Source of the DNA: Candidatus Kapaibacterium sp.
GTDB lineage: Bacteria > Bacteroidota > Ignavibacteria > OLB7
DNA length: 47,336 nt
NCBI GenBank assembly: GCA_050248595.1
Contig: JBFWSB010000001.1
Span: 1 to 47,336, forward strand
Reading direction: 5' to 3'
Both the position numbers and the translations under genes were made by a program. The notes below the pieces were generated by a model. The model was not told the DNA's origin and ran no database searches. It worked only from the letters and a program-made list of their open reading frames with translations. Below, in pieces: positions 17,536 through 26,982 of this stretch. Each line of letters starts with the position of its first letter. Within the stretch, counting starts at the first letter, position 1.

Positions 17536-20409
17536 TTAGTTTGCCGACGTATCGGCTCCTCCGTCCATCTCACCTAACATCTGCTGCCATGCACTCAGAT
17601 TGTTTTGTAGGGCAGGGTTGTTCGGCGAGCCGTAGGCAGCAATGATTTCCCGTAACTCCCGAATTGCCGCAGCAGAATCTCCCTTCACTAAATGCCGCTC
17701 CACCCGAAGTTCTTCGATCAACCCACGAAGCACGGGATCGGATTCCACATCGCGACTCATCGAGCGGTAGCTCTCAATTGCTCTGTCGTAGTCACCGAGA
17801 AGTGCGTGCATTCGGGCACGTATCTGGTAGGGATTGTAGCGTCTGTCTACCGGATGGTTCCGCCACGCATCCCCAACTCTCTCAGCCTGCTCTATCGTAT
17901 GCTCTGCATAGCGTTCTGTCCCCTCACGATTTCCCGCATCTCGGTAGAGCGAGGCGACAACTGCTCCCATCCAATAAGGCATCGGGAAGATGTCGATGGA
18001 AATCGATCGATCTAACGCATCGAGCAGTGCAACGGCCTCTGCCGTGTCGGATCGATTCTTCATCCCATCGGCAGCCAGTGCTAACAGGGCGCGACGGTAG
18101 TAGGTAATCGATTGCCGCTCCTCTAAACCGAAGCCAACGTCAGGATCGTTCAATCCTCGAAAACGGAATCCCCCCTCCCCTTCTGGCATCAGGAGAGAGC
18201 GCATCTTGTCGTGGTTGATCGCAAACTCGGAGAACCCTTCCACCTTCTTCAACCCTCGCTCTGGCACTACACGCAAAGCCATTCCCTCCCACCGGAAGAA
18301 CCGCTCCAACCCTCCCCACCACTTTGATGGAACTGTGATGGCAAAGTAGATCGGTCTCTCGCCGATATTCTGCTCAACAATGTCTTTAATCACCTGTTCG
18401 CGCAGACTGTAACGAACCAAGCCAGAATCGACTTCGGTTCCTCGCCAAGCCCACCAGAGTGTGTCGGTGAGTCCGGTACTATCTTGGCGAACCCTCAGGG
18501 GAACTCGCTGGGCCGAATCAACTCGGTCGTTTAAAGGGGGCTTCACAAGTTTCCCTGCTGGCAGACTCGTCGCAAGTGGAAGCGCGTCCCGACTCCGTTC
18601 GCCTCCCAACTGATCGCGATACCACCAAAGGTTGAGTCGATCGATCTCAACAACGCGAACGTCGCGACGTAGCGACTCGACATCTTGCAAATAGTAGAGA
18701 GGAGATGCAGCGCGACGATTCTCTACGAAGAGAACCGCATTCGAATCGCAACTGACAAGTAGATTCTGAGCAAAGTCGTGGGGGAGGTAGTTATCCCTGC
18801 GACTGTGGAACTCCCACCCACTCCAGACGAGGTTCAACGGGGCAATCAGAAAGCATAAGAGGACGCCTCCCATCACTACATTTTCTTTCCCACCTTTTCT
18901 CTTCTCTTCACTCGCTACAGAGTTCAGCAAACTTCCGGCAATCCCAGTTGTGGCGAAGCCAATCCAGATTGCGGGGAAGATGAGAGAGGAGGCGAAGAGA
19001 TTGTCAATTTCGAAAGCGAGGGGGGGCACGGGATAAAGGTAGAGGGCAAGAAGAGGGCCGAGAGCGAGGAATCCGGCAATCATGCTCAAGGCTGTGCGCC
19101 AGTCGTGGCGGAAGTGGTAGGCAAAACCGATGCAGACAAGGAGAAGTGGGAGAGCGTAAAAGTGAATCGGAAAACTTTCTTGCCGACTGGAAGGGAAGAT
19201 AAACTCATCCTGCTCCTGATCTGAGACAGAGAAGAGAAGTGCGGGTGATCCAACAACATCACTTATCCTCCCCACAAGATTCCAAAGGAGATAGCGGGTG
19301 TAAAGGTGACCGACAGTGTACGATAGAGAGGCATCCGGCTGCGCGCTGCCACGTGGAGTTACGCTGATTGGAGTGTTAGCATAACTGAGAAGGTCAACCT
19401 TTCCCTCGGAAATTGCTTCTTGCTCAACGAAGCGAAGTGGAGGGTGAGCCTCCGACCGAATGACGACTTGAATGTAGGTGGTATATCCTCCCAAGAGAAA
19501 AAGGAGAACAAACGTGGTGGCAAGTGCTCCCTTCCGTAACCTCGGAGTGAAGGAGGCAATCAAGGCCGCAAGAAGTCCTGCTAACAGAGCTAAGAAGAAA
19601 TAGTCGAAGGCGAGGAAGTGCCACAGCAAGAGAAGACCAAACATCCCGAGTGTTCCACTGAGAACGAAGCGTGGAGAGTCTCCTCCCTCCGGAATAAACT
19701 GCACGATCCAGATGAGAAGAGCGGCGGCTGGAAGGATTGCGAGGGCAATTTGGTCGACACCGAGCGCAAGACCGAGCGACCAAGCTGCGAGCAGAAGCCA
19801 GAGTGTGCTCCGCTCACTCCCTAACTGGCGACCCCGATACCATTCTACCACTCCCCAAAGTGTCAGGATCACCAGAAGGGTCCCGGCTGAGTGGGTGGTA
19901 ATCTCTGTGCTGTTTCTCCACTGTGAGTCGAACCAAGCGAAGGAGAGGGCGGCAACAAATCCTCCCCACCCGGCAATCCCTCCAACGATGTTCGGAGGAT
20001 TCGGGGCAGGAGGTGATGTTATCTCTTCATTACTCTCTTCTTCACCCTCACCACTTTCACTATCACTCTGACTTCTATCATCCCCGATTGAGATTTCATA
20101 CTGAGAAGATAAGAGCGATGTTGTTAGAAGATAGAGAAGCATTGCGCTAAGCGCTCCGCAAATAGCGGAGAAGATCACGAGGAGTCGAGCCGGATCGCCG
20201 GGAAGGATGTTGACGAAAGCTCCAGCAATAGTAACCCAGAGAGGAGCACCCGGAGCGTCGAGGACTTGCCCCCCAGAGGCTGCGGCAGCAAGGATACCGG
20301 CATCACCGGGTGAAATCGACGGCCAAGCCGTCAGATAGTAGGTAACGAACGGAACGAGGAACGAGAGGAACGCGAGTGTTCGATGTACGTTGCGACGCTG
20401 ATGCTCCAC
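17536..20409 (-). CDS. DUF2723-type polytopic membrane glycosyltransferase (PMT/ArnT-like) with C-terminal TPR region
   Basis: N-terminal FLVPFVTYYLTAWPSISPGDAG pattern, more than 10 TM segments, and a C-terminal soluble helical repeat region. The track ORF start (20526) overlaps hemW by 107 nt. GTG at 20409 (VEHQRRNVHRTLAFLSF) is the first start beyond the hemW stop. Confidence 0.7.
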   Translation of the reverse strand: MEHQRRNVHRTLAFLSFLVPFVTYYLTAWPSISPGDAGILAAAASGGQVLDAPGAPLWVTIAGAFVNILPGDPARLLVIFSAICGALSAMLLYLLTTSLLSSQYEISIGDDRSQSDSESGEGEEESNEEITSPPAPNPPNIVGGIAGWGGFVAALSFAWFDSQWRNSTEITTHSAGTLLVILTLWGVVEWYRGRQLGSERSTLWLLLAAWSLGLALGVDQIALAILPAAALLIWIVQFIPEGGDSPRFVLSGTLGMFGLLLLWHFLAFDYFFLALLAGLLAALIASFTPRLRKGALATTFVLLFLLGGYTTYIQVVIRSEAHPPLRFVEQEAISEGKVDLLSYANTPISVTPRGSAQPDASLSYTVGHLYTRYLLWNLVGRISDVVGSPALLFSVSDQEQDEFIFPSSRQESFPIHFYALPLLLVCIGFAYHFRHDWRTALSMIAGFLALGPLLALYLYPVPPLAFEIDNLFASSLIFPAIWIGFATTGIAGSLLNSVASEEKRKGGKENVVMGGVLLCFLIAPLNLVWSGWEFHSRRDNYLPHDFAQNLLVSCDSNAVLFVENRRAASPLYYLQDVESLRRDVRVVEIDRLNLWWYRDQLGGERSRDALPLATSLPAGKLVKPPLNDRVDSAQRVPLRVRQDSTGLTDTLWWAWRGTEVDSGLVRYSLREQVIKDIVEQNIGERPIYFAITVPSKWWGGLERFFRWEGMALRVVPERGLKKVEGFSEFAINHDKMRSLLMPEGEGGFRFRGLNDPDVGFGLEERQSITYYRRALLALAADGMKNRSDTAEAVALLDALDRSISIDIFPMPYWMGAVVASLYRDAGNREGTERYAEHTIEQAERVGDAWRNHPVDRRYNPYQIRARMHALLGDYDRAIESYRSMSRDVESDPVLRGLIEELRVERHLVKGDSAAAIRELREIIAAYGSPNNPALQNNLSAWQQMLGEMDGGADTSAN

Positions 20410-20419
20410 CTGATCTACT

Positions 20420-21610
20420 CTATATCGAAGATAGTTGACGGGATCGTTCGGTCGCCTCGATAATCTCCAGAGCGAACCGGTCGGCAAAGATACTTCCTTT
20501 CGCCGTAAGTCGCAGGGAATCTTCATCGAGCAGAGCGAAGCCTTCGTTCAACAACCATTCTACTCTGTCGGCTGCAACGCTCGTCAACTCTTCGCCAACA
20601 GCCTCTTTAAAGTCGTGAAGGTTAATCCCTCGGTAGCGGAGTCCTAACATCACGATCTCTTCCATCCCCTGCTCGGGAGTCAACTCCTCCCGCATAATCA
20701 CCGGACTTCCTCCCGACTCAATTGATTCGAGGTAGGCGTTCAGACTGGAGACGTTTGCCCAGCGTTTCCCCAACACTCCACGACGAGCGAAGCTGTGAGC
20801 CGATGGGCCGTAACCGGTATAGCTCTTCCGTTCCCAGTAGCCGATGTTGTGTCGGCAGGCGTAGCCCGGCTTCGCGTAGTTGCTCGTCTCGTACTGCTCC
20901 AAACCGTGTTGAGCCAGGAACTCTACAGTCTCTTCGTACATGTCGGCTTCAAGATCGTTCGGAGCGGGGTTTACCTTCCCCTTCAATCGCATTGCGTTCA
21001 GAGGTGTGCCCTCTTCAAAGATGAGAGAGTAGGCACTGATGTGATCGGTTCCAAGGTCGACCGCTCGCTCAAGATTGTAGTGCCAACGTTCGGGAGTCTG
21101 TCCCGGCAGTGCAAAGATCATATCGAGCGAGACGTTGTCGAAAACATCGCGGACGATCCGGATATTCTCTTCGGCCTCGGCTGCGGTGTGGATGCGGCTT
21201 AGGAACTGCAACTCATCGTCGTGGAATGACTGCACACCGAAGCTTAGTCGGTTGATTCCCCCCTCGCGGTATCCTTCCAACCAATCACGGTTCAGCGCAC
21301 CCGGATTGCACTCCATCGTGATCTCGGCATCCTCTACAACTGTGTGTGCAGTCCGCAGCGAACTGAGAATTGCACTCATCTCATCGGGAGAGAGCATCGA
21401 GGGTGTCCCGCCGCCGAAAAAGATCGTCCGAATCTCCTCCCGCTCCCCTCTCGTCGACGGGATTTCTCCCGACTGCGCAATCTCCCGGTGCAAGGCATCG
21501 AGGAAACGATCCTTGTTTGCAAAAGACTCAATTGAGTAGAAGCTACAGTAGATGCACTTCTTCTCGCAGAACGGTATGTGTATGTAGAGACCAGACATGG
21601 TGGAATTCAA
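20420..21610 (-). CDS. hemW: Radical SAM family heme chaperone HemW (coproporphyrinogen-III-oxidase-like)
   Basis: LYIHIPFCEKKCIYCSFYS (CxxxCxxC), FFGGGTPS and the HemN_C-like C-terminus. Confidence 0.9.
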   Translation of the reverse strand: MNSTMSGLYIHIPFCEKKCIYCSFYSIESFANKDRFLDALHREIAQSGEIPSTRGEREEIRTIFFGGGTPSMLSPDEMSAILSSLRTAHTVVEDAEITMECNPGALNRDWLEGYREGGINRLSFGVQSFHDDELQFLSRIHTAAEAEENIRIVRDVFDNVSLDMIFALPGQTPERWHYNLERAVDLGTDHISAYSLIFEEGTPLNAMRLKGKVNPAPNDLEADMYEETVEFLAQHGLEQYETSNYAKPGYACRHNIGYWERKSYTGYGPSAHSFARRGVLGKRWANVSSLNAYLESIESGGSPVIMREELTPEQGMEEIVMLGLRYRGINLHDFKEAVGEELTSVAADRVEWLLNEGFALLDEDSLRLTAKGSIFADRFALEIIEATERSRQLSSI

Positions 21611-21643
21611 AATGAAAAGTTCAAAGTGGGGGTAAAGCTATTC

Positions 21644-22225
21644 TCAGGGGATGTAGACTTCGTTAATTCGGGTGACAATACCATCATGCAACTCGAAGCG
21701 GAAGATAGCGGAACGATAGTCGGTTTTCTTTGTGATCAGAAGTTCAACGTCTCCCTTCGCTTCCTCCAAGCTTTGATCTGCTTGGCTATACCAGAACTCA
21801 ACGGTAGCCTGCGCAGCTACAGTAAGTTTCTTCACTTCGCTCCTATCGTTAACGACAAAATAGTCGTTGTATACGAAGTACGTTGTATCCCCATTCTCCC
21901 CAATATCGACTTCTGCTTCTCCCCGTTCTTGAGCGGCAGCGATGGCATCATCATCCTGCGTGTAGAGGAGCAAATCAACATCGACATTATAGGAAGGCTG
22001 CGGGCTACGAGGATCACCCCGATTTATCAACCAAACACGATCAATCCTACCATAAACTGTTCCCGTTTCAGGCACGTCAGCAGGCTCTACAAATCGGTAG
22101 GGTAGAGTGAATGAATCTTTCGGCAGGCTCTCTGTTCTCTGATAGAGATCAGCACCCTGCTCTCTCGAACATGATAGTGCGCAAACAGCACCTATCAACA
22201 CCATTATCTTCCTGAATGTACTCAT
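21644..22225 (-). CDS. Hypothetical lipoprotein
   Basis: MSTFRKIMVLIGAVCALSCS lipobox-like signal. No recognised domain. Confidence 0.6.
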   Translation of the reverse strand: MSTFRKIMVLIGAVCALSCSREQGADLYQRTESLPKDSFTLPYRFVEPADVPETGTVYGRIDRVWLINRGDPRSPQPSYNVDVDLLLYTQDDDAIAAAQERGEAEVDIGENGDTTYFVYNDYFVVNDRSEVKKLTVAAQATVEFWYSQADQSLEEAKGDVELLITKKTDYRSAIFRFELHDGIVTRINEVYIP

Positions 22226-22261
22226 ATAGTCTCGTTCAACTCCTCAGGTTTTATGAACAAA

Positions 22262-22426
22262 GAGAGCGCACAAAGTCGCAAAGAAGAGATCCAACTTTCG
22301 ACTCCTTGACTTGCCAACCTCTACCAATCCGGGCGAAGACTGAAGACCGGTCGGTACTCCTACACTCTCACACTCACGAACTCCCACACTCATACACTCA
22401 ACTCTACGAACTCTACTCCACTCTTT
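22262..22426 (+). repeat. Composite intergenic repeat, copy A (head GCGCA-AAG boxes, core TTGACTTGCCAACCTCTACCAATCCGGGCGAAG, C/A-rich tail CACACTCACGAAC...)
   Basis: It aligns by eye over nearly its whole length with the reverse complement of 38941-39063, and in modules with 24451-24871 and rc 26768-26966. It abuts or overlaps the last codons of lepB (stop at 22413). Confidence 0.8.
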
Positions 22427-23267
22427 TTCCTATCCTTCCCCACCGAATTCCATCTTCTCCACTCGACCAGAAAATCATTATTGCCTCTCCGATTAAATTT
22501 TCATATGGGATAAAACCGAAGTGGCGACTGTCGCGGCTGTTGGCGGAGTTATCGCCGAGCGCAAAGAAATAATCTTGCTTGAAACGGTAGCGGGTTGCAG
22601 GGCCGCCGTTGATAAAGACTATCCGGTTTTTGTAGGTGACGTTGACACCTTCGGCGTAGAGAACATCTTTCCAAGCTTCGGCAGTTATCGAATCGAGTGG
22701 TAGTTCATATCCTTTGTAGGGGACAATCACCATCTTCCTTTTTCGGAGCAGAGGCCAGGCCTTTTTCACATCCATCGGCTCGCGGCGAACTGTCGATAGA
22801 GAGAGAGGCTCAGGTTCTCTCCCATTGACGACAATCACTCCTTCAACCAGAGCAACTGTATCTCCGGGAAGAGCAACGGCACGTTTGAAAAGAGTTGAAT
22901 GATCCTCACTCACGTAAAGTTCGGGAGAGCGAAAGAGGACAATATCTCCACGCTCAAGACTCCCAAGCCCCCCCAACTCAAGGTGAGGGATAGGCCAGTG
23001 AGTGAAGGGAAAGAACTCTGGTGTGCGGATATAGTAGGGCAACTGATTAATGAGGACTGCATCTCCGGAAAGAATCGTCGGTTCCATTGACCTTGTTGGA
23101 ATGGCGTAAGGTGCAAAGACGAAGGTTCGCAGAATCAACAACCCCAACAGGGAATATCCAGTACCCCAGAGGAGTTTGCGAAACGCATCGGATGGAGACT
23201 TTTCCTCTCCTGCAATTACCGCCCCACCTGCCTCCACCGATTCTTCTGTATGATCGGTCTGGTTCAT
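22413..23267 (-). CDS. lepB: Signal peptidase I (paralog 1)
   Basis: One TM, SMEPTI (catalytic Ser box), LFKRAVALPGD (Lys box) and GDNSANSRDSRHFGFIP (box E). Confidence 0.9.
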   Translation of the reverse strand: MNQTDHTEESVEAGGAVIAGEEKSPSDAFRKLLWGTGYSLLGLLILRTFVFAPYAIPTRSMEPTILSGDAVLINQLPYYIRTPEFFPFTHWPIPHLELGGLGSLERGDIVLFRSPELYVSEDHSTLFKRAVALPGDTVALVEGVIVVNGREPEPLSLSTVRREPMDVKKAWPLLRKRKMVIVPYKGYELPLDSITAEAWKDVLYAEGVNVTYKNRIVFINGGPATRYRFKQDYFFALGDNSANSRDSRHFGFIPYENLIGEAIMIFWSSGEDGIRWGRIGKRVE

Positions 23268-23348
23268 TTGCAGTGCGGATAGTCTCTTGCAATGAACAAT
23301 GCCTTACTTCGCGAAACTCTTTCCCTTTTTAGACTTGTAAGCCGAACT

Positions 23349-24356
23349 TTAATCAACACTGTTGAAGATGCGATCCCAGCGAATGCGACCGAGCTTTTCG
23401 CCGATGGAATATTCGTGGCTTGCTGCATCCTTATTCTGCCACGACCAGTAGACGATCAACGGTGTGCCGACAACGTTCTCCACTGGGACAAAGCCCCAGA
23501 ATCGACTGTCGAGCGAGTTGTCTCGGTTATCACCCATACCGAAGACGTAGTCACGTTCAACAGTGTAGGAGTCGACAGTCTGCCCGTCGATCTCTATGAT
23601 CCCCCCCGACCGCCGGATGTCGTGTCCTTCCCGCTCGATAAAGATCTCCCAACCCTGATAGTTTGTGTCGTTCAGCGCGATAACGTCCCCCTCTTTCGGA
23701 ATTCGCATCGGTCCCCAGTTATCGTGCGTCCACTGCCGCCCACGAGGGAAGGTGGTATATATCTCATCGGAACGAACACCATGGTTTCGCACATATTGAA
23801 CCTTCGACGGGGGAACCTCTTTCACGCCGTTAACGTAAACAACTCCGTTTCGAACCTCTAAGGTATCTCCGGCTGTAGCCACGCACCGTTTTAGGTAGTA
23901 TTGAAAGTCTGTTGCCTCAACTTGATCCCGGTCACCTGGATAGATAAAGACAATCACATCCCCTTTCTCAGGATCGCGCAGACCGGGAAGCTTTAGGTAG
24001 GGGAGTGGAATGTTTAGGAAAGGAATAGTCTGCGGTGTAGAACCGCCGTAAATAAAACGGTTGACGAACAAGAAATCTCCGGCCAGAACCTCCCCCTCCA
24101 TCGACTCAGTTGGAACGACGAACGATTGGATCAGCAGACCGTTGACGACCATCACAATTAGGAGTGCACCAAGGATTGTCTTTGCCCAGGAGACTGTCAC
24201 TTCTTGCCAAGTCATCGGCTGCTGGCGTTCCTTACCCTTTCCTTTTCCCTTGGGGTCTCCTTCGCCCGGCTGTGCACTATCTGCCTGCTTTGGGTTCCGC
24301 TGGACTTTCTTTCCCTTACCGGTAAGGATCTGTTTGCGTTCTTCAGGATTCATCAA
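23349..24356 (-). CDS. lepB: Signal peptidase I (paralog 2) with Lys/Gly-rich N-terminal tail
   Basis: SMEGEV, YLKRCVATAGD and GDNRDNSLDSRFWGFVP. The N-terminus is MMNPEERKQILTGKGKKVQRNPKQADSAQPGEGDPKGKGKGKERQQ before the TM. Confidence 0.9.
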   Translation of the reverse strand: MMNPEERKQILTGKGKKVQRNPKQADSAQPGEGDPKGKGKGKERQQPMTWQEVTVSWAKTILGALLIVMVVNGLLIQSFVVPTESMEGEVLAGDFLFVNRFIYGGSTPQTIPFLNIPLPYLKLPGLRDPEKGDVIVFIYPGDRDQVEATDFQYYLKRCVATAGDTLEVRNGVVYVNGVKEVPPSKVQYVRNHGVRSDEIYTTFPRGRQWTHDNWGPMRIPKEGDVIALNDTNYQGWEIFIEREGHDIRRSGGIIEIDGQTVDSYTVERDYVFGMGDNRDNSLDSRFWGFVPVENVVGTPLIVYWSWQNKDAASHEYSIGEKLGRIRWDRIFNSVD

Positions 24357-24450
24357 CTCGTTCTCTATGTTCTGATATACAGGATGTCGTTATCTCTATA
24401 GTTTCTTTTTCAACAAGGCTTCCCTTACGGGGTGGAGGGAAAGGAAGTTA

Positions 24451-24871
24451 CTCACGCAAAGGAGAGTTCTAACTCCTTGAGTTCTGAGTTGATAGACTCG
24501 GCAACCCCTACATTTCCCGACACAGCCTAAAGAGTTGCGGCTACCATGCCTTCCCCACTCATACACTCCCACACTCACGAACTCTTCCACTTCATGTGTT
24601 CTGAATTGATAGCCTTGACTGTCCCCCTACCAATCCTGACGCAACCTAAAGTGTTGCGGCTACCACGCCTTCCCCACTCATCCTCTCCCGCACTCACGAA
24701 CTCTTCCACTTCATGTGTGCTGAATTGATAGCCTTGACTGTCCCCTCTACCAATCCTGACGCAACCTAAAGTGTTGCGGCTACCATCATATCATCCTTAC
24801 TCATACACTCCCACACTCACGAACCCATACACTCCACTCTATAAACTCTCAACTCTACACACTCTACGAAC
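24451..24871 (+). repeat. Composite intergenic repeat, copy C: three tandem units of about 119 bp (24481-24598, 24599-24717, 24718-24871) preceded by a head fragment
   Basis: Units read directly: TTCTGAATTGATAGCCTTGACTGTCCCCCTACCAATCCTGACGCAACCTAAAGTGTTGCGGCTACCACGCCTTCCCCACTCAT...CACTCACGAACTCTTCCACTTCATGTG. Units 2 and 3 are nearly identical in the first 65 bp or so. Each unit holds a GACGCAAC-CTAAAGT-GTTGCGGC hairpin. Confidence 0.9.
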
Positions 24872-24877
24872 TTATAA

Positions 24878-26695
24878 TTAGTCATCATCCATCGACAGAA
24901 CTGCGAGGAAGGCCTCTTGCGGAATCTCGACGGAGCCGACCTGTTTCATTCGCTTCTTTCCCTCCTTCTGCTTTTCGAGGAGTTTTCTCTTACGCGAGAT
25001 GTCACCACCGTAACACTTTGCGGTTACATCTTTCCGCATCGCTCGGATACTGTCGCGCGCAATCACCTTTGCACCAATTGCAGCTTGCACCACGACCTCG
25101 TACATCTGGCGTGGAATCAACTCTCTCAACTTACCACACAATTTCCGTCCGTAATGGTAGGATTTTGAGCGGTGGACGATCAAGGAGAGAGCATCGACCT
25201 TATCGCCGTTCAAGAGAATGTCAACCTTCACAAGATCTTCCTCACGCATGTCAATCACCTCGTAGTCGAAGGAGGCATATCCTCGTGAGATCGACTTTAG
25301 GCGGTCGTAGAAATCGAAAATTACCTCACCGAGTGGAAGCTCGAAGCTCATGTCGACACGATCCTGCGAAAGATACTTCGTATCCTTGAAGATTGCTCGA
25401 CGCTCCATGCAGAGCTTGGTGACCGGGCCGATATAGTCGGAAGGACAGATAATTTGTGCCCGGATGAATGGCTCGGCAATGCCTTCAATATCACCAACTG
25501 CTGGCATCTTCGCAGGGTTGTCCACTTTCAGTTCTTCGCCACTCTTTTTTGTGACTCGGTACTGTACGTTCGGAACAGTCGTGACAATTGTCTGCTCGAA
25601 CTCCCGCTCCAATCGTTCCTGCACAATCTCCATGTGGAGAAGTCCAAGAAACCCGCACCGGAAGCCGAAACCGAGAGCTGTTGAGGTTTCTGGCTCGAAG
25701 ACGAGAGAAGAATCGTTCAGAGCCAGTTTATCGAGCGCGTCGCGGAGTGCCTCGTAGTCGTCAGAATCGGCAGGGTAGATGCCGGCAAAGACCATTGGCT
25801 TCACTTCTTGATAACCCGGGATTGGGTTCTCGGCTCCCCCTCGTGCCAGAGTTACGGTGTCGCCAACCTTTGTATCCTTTACATCCTTGATCGAGGCAGT
25901 GAAGTAGCCAACCGAACCACAGGAGATTTCGGCTCCCTGCACTCGCTTCATGCGCAACAGTCCGCACTCATCTACTTCAAACTTCTTCCCACTGTGCATC
26001 ATGATAATCTCATCCCCCTTCCGCATCACCCCGTCAACAACGCGAACGTAGGCGATAGCTCCACGGTATGGATCGAAGACAGAGTCGAAAATCAAGGCGC
26101 GAAGTGGGGCATCTGGATCACCTTTCGGTGGAGGGACGCGATCGACGAGAGCTTCGAGAATCTCGTGGATGCCAATTCCCGACTTCGCGGAGCTAAGAAT
26201 AATTTCTTCTTCCTTGCACCCAATCAAGTCCATCACCTGCGCCTTCACTGTTTCCAGCGTGGTGGTGGCTGCCGGAAGGTCGATCTTGTTGATGACCGGA
26301 ATAATCTCCAAATCGGCATCAATTGCCAAGTAGAGGTTCGAAATCGTCTGCGCTTCCACTCCCTGCGTGGCATCTACAATCAGAAGTGCCCCCTCACACG
26401 CCTTCAGCGAACGAGAGACCTCATAACTGAAGTCGACGTGCCCCGGCGTGTCAATCAGGTTGAGTGTGTAGACTGACTTATCACCGGTCTCTTTGGGCCG
26501 GATATAGTTCATCTGAATCGCGTGCAGCTTGATCGTGATCCCACGTTCTTGCTCCAGCGGATTATTGTCCAGAATCTGGGCGTTTGTCATCTCCCGCTTC
26601 GTGATCGCCCCGGTATACTCCAACAACCGGTCGGCAAGAGTTGACTTGCCGTGATCTATGTGAGCGATGATGCAGAAATTGCGGATATTGTTCAT
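24878..26695 (-). CDS. lepA: Translation elongation factor 4 (LepA)
   Basis: [22 protein letters not shown] (G1), [19 protein letters not shown] (G3), NKIDL (G4) and the LepA-specific C-terminal domain ...[22 protein letters not shown]. Confidence 0.97.
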   Translation of the reverse strand: MNNIRNFCIIAHIDHGKSTLADRLLEYTGAITKREMTNAQILDNNPLEQERGITIKLHAIQMNYIRPKETGDKSVYTLNLIDTPGHVDFSYEVSRSLKACEGALLIVDATQGVEAQTISNLYLAIDADLEIIPVINKIDLPAATTTLETVKAQVMDLIGCKEEEIILSSAKSGIGIHEILEALVDRVPPPKGDPDAPLRALIFDSVFDPYRGAIAYVRVVDGVMRKGDEIIMMHSGKKFEVDECGLLRMKRVQGAEISCGSVGYFTASIKDVKDTKVGDTVTLARGGAENPIPGYQEVKPMVFAGIYPADSDDYEALRDALDKLALNDSSLVFEPETSTALGFGFRCGFLGLLHMEIVQERLEREFEQTIVTTVPNVQYRVTKKSGEELKVDNPAKMPAVGDIEGIAEPFIRAQIICPSDYIGPVTKLCMERRAIFKDTKYLSQDRVDMSFELPLGEVIFDFYDRLKSISRGYASFDYEVIDMREEDLVKVDILLNGDKVDALSLIVHRSKSYHYGRKLCGKLRELIPRQMYEVVVQAAIGAKVIARDSIRAMRKDVTAKCYGGDISRKRKLLEKQKEGKKRMKQVGSVEIPQEAFLAVLSMDDD

Positions 26696-26767
26696 GCGTT
26701 ATCGATAGCGTTACAAAACAAAGAGAGCCAACATACCTCTAAGAAGCCGAGTGCGCAAGAACAAGAA

Positions 26768-26966
26768 TGTGAGAGTTCATAGAGTTATGAGTTGAGAGTG
26801 CGGAGTGAAGTGTGTGAGTTCGTGAGTGGGGGAGTGGATTGGTGGGGAAGGCATGGTAGGCGTAACTCTTTAGGTTGCGTCGTGATTGGCAGATGGGTCA
26901 AGCCGATCAATTCAGAACTCAGAAAGTCACCCTTCTTTGCGTCTTTGCGCCTTTGCGTGCCCTCTA
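26768..26966 (-). repeat. Composite intergenic repeat, copy D (inverted relative to copies A and C)
   Basis: The reverse complement reads GCACGCAAAGGCGCAAAGACGCAAAGAAGG...GAGTTCTGAATTGATCGGCTTGACCCATCTGCCAATCACGACGCAACCTAAAGAGTTACGCCTACCATGCCTTCCCCACC...CCCACTCACGAACTCACACAC. This is colinear with the units of copy C. It sits in the lepA/mpg divergent intergenic region. Confidence 0.85.
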
Positions 26967-26982
26967 AAACTGACAATCAACA

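Noticed and set aside
24546-24728. Track ORFs lying inside repeat copies (24546-24728 +, 26785-26976 -, 22216-22572 +) give similar peptides (…HSHTHEL…, …LPILTQPKVLRLP…)
   Set aside because: The similarity is a by-product of the nucleotide repeat. The ORFs have no plausible start context, are low-complexity, and differ in length and frame ends between copies.
24481-24871. The tandem repeat array could be a CRISPR array
   Set aside because: Units are about 119 bp and directly abutting, with no unique spacers. No cas genes or leader are present. The same sequence occurs as single dispersed copies elsewhere.
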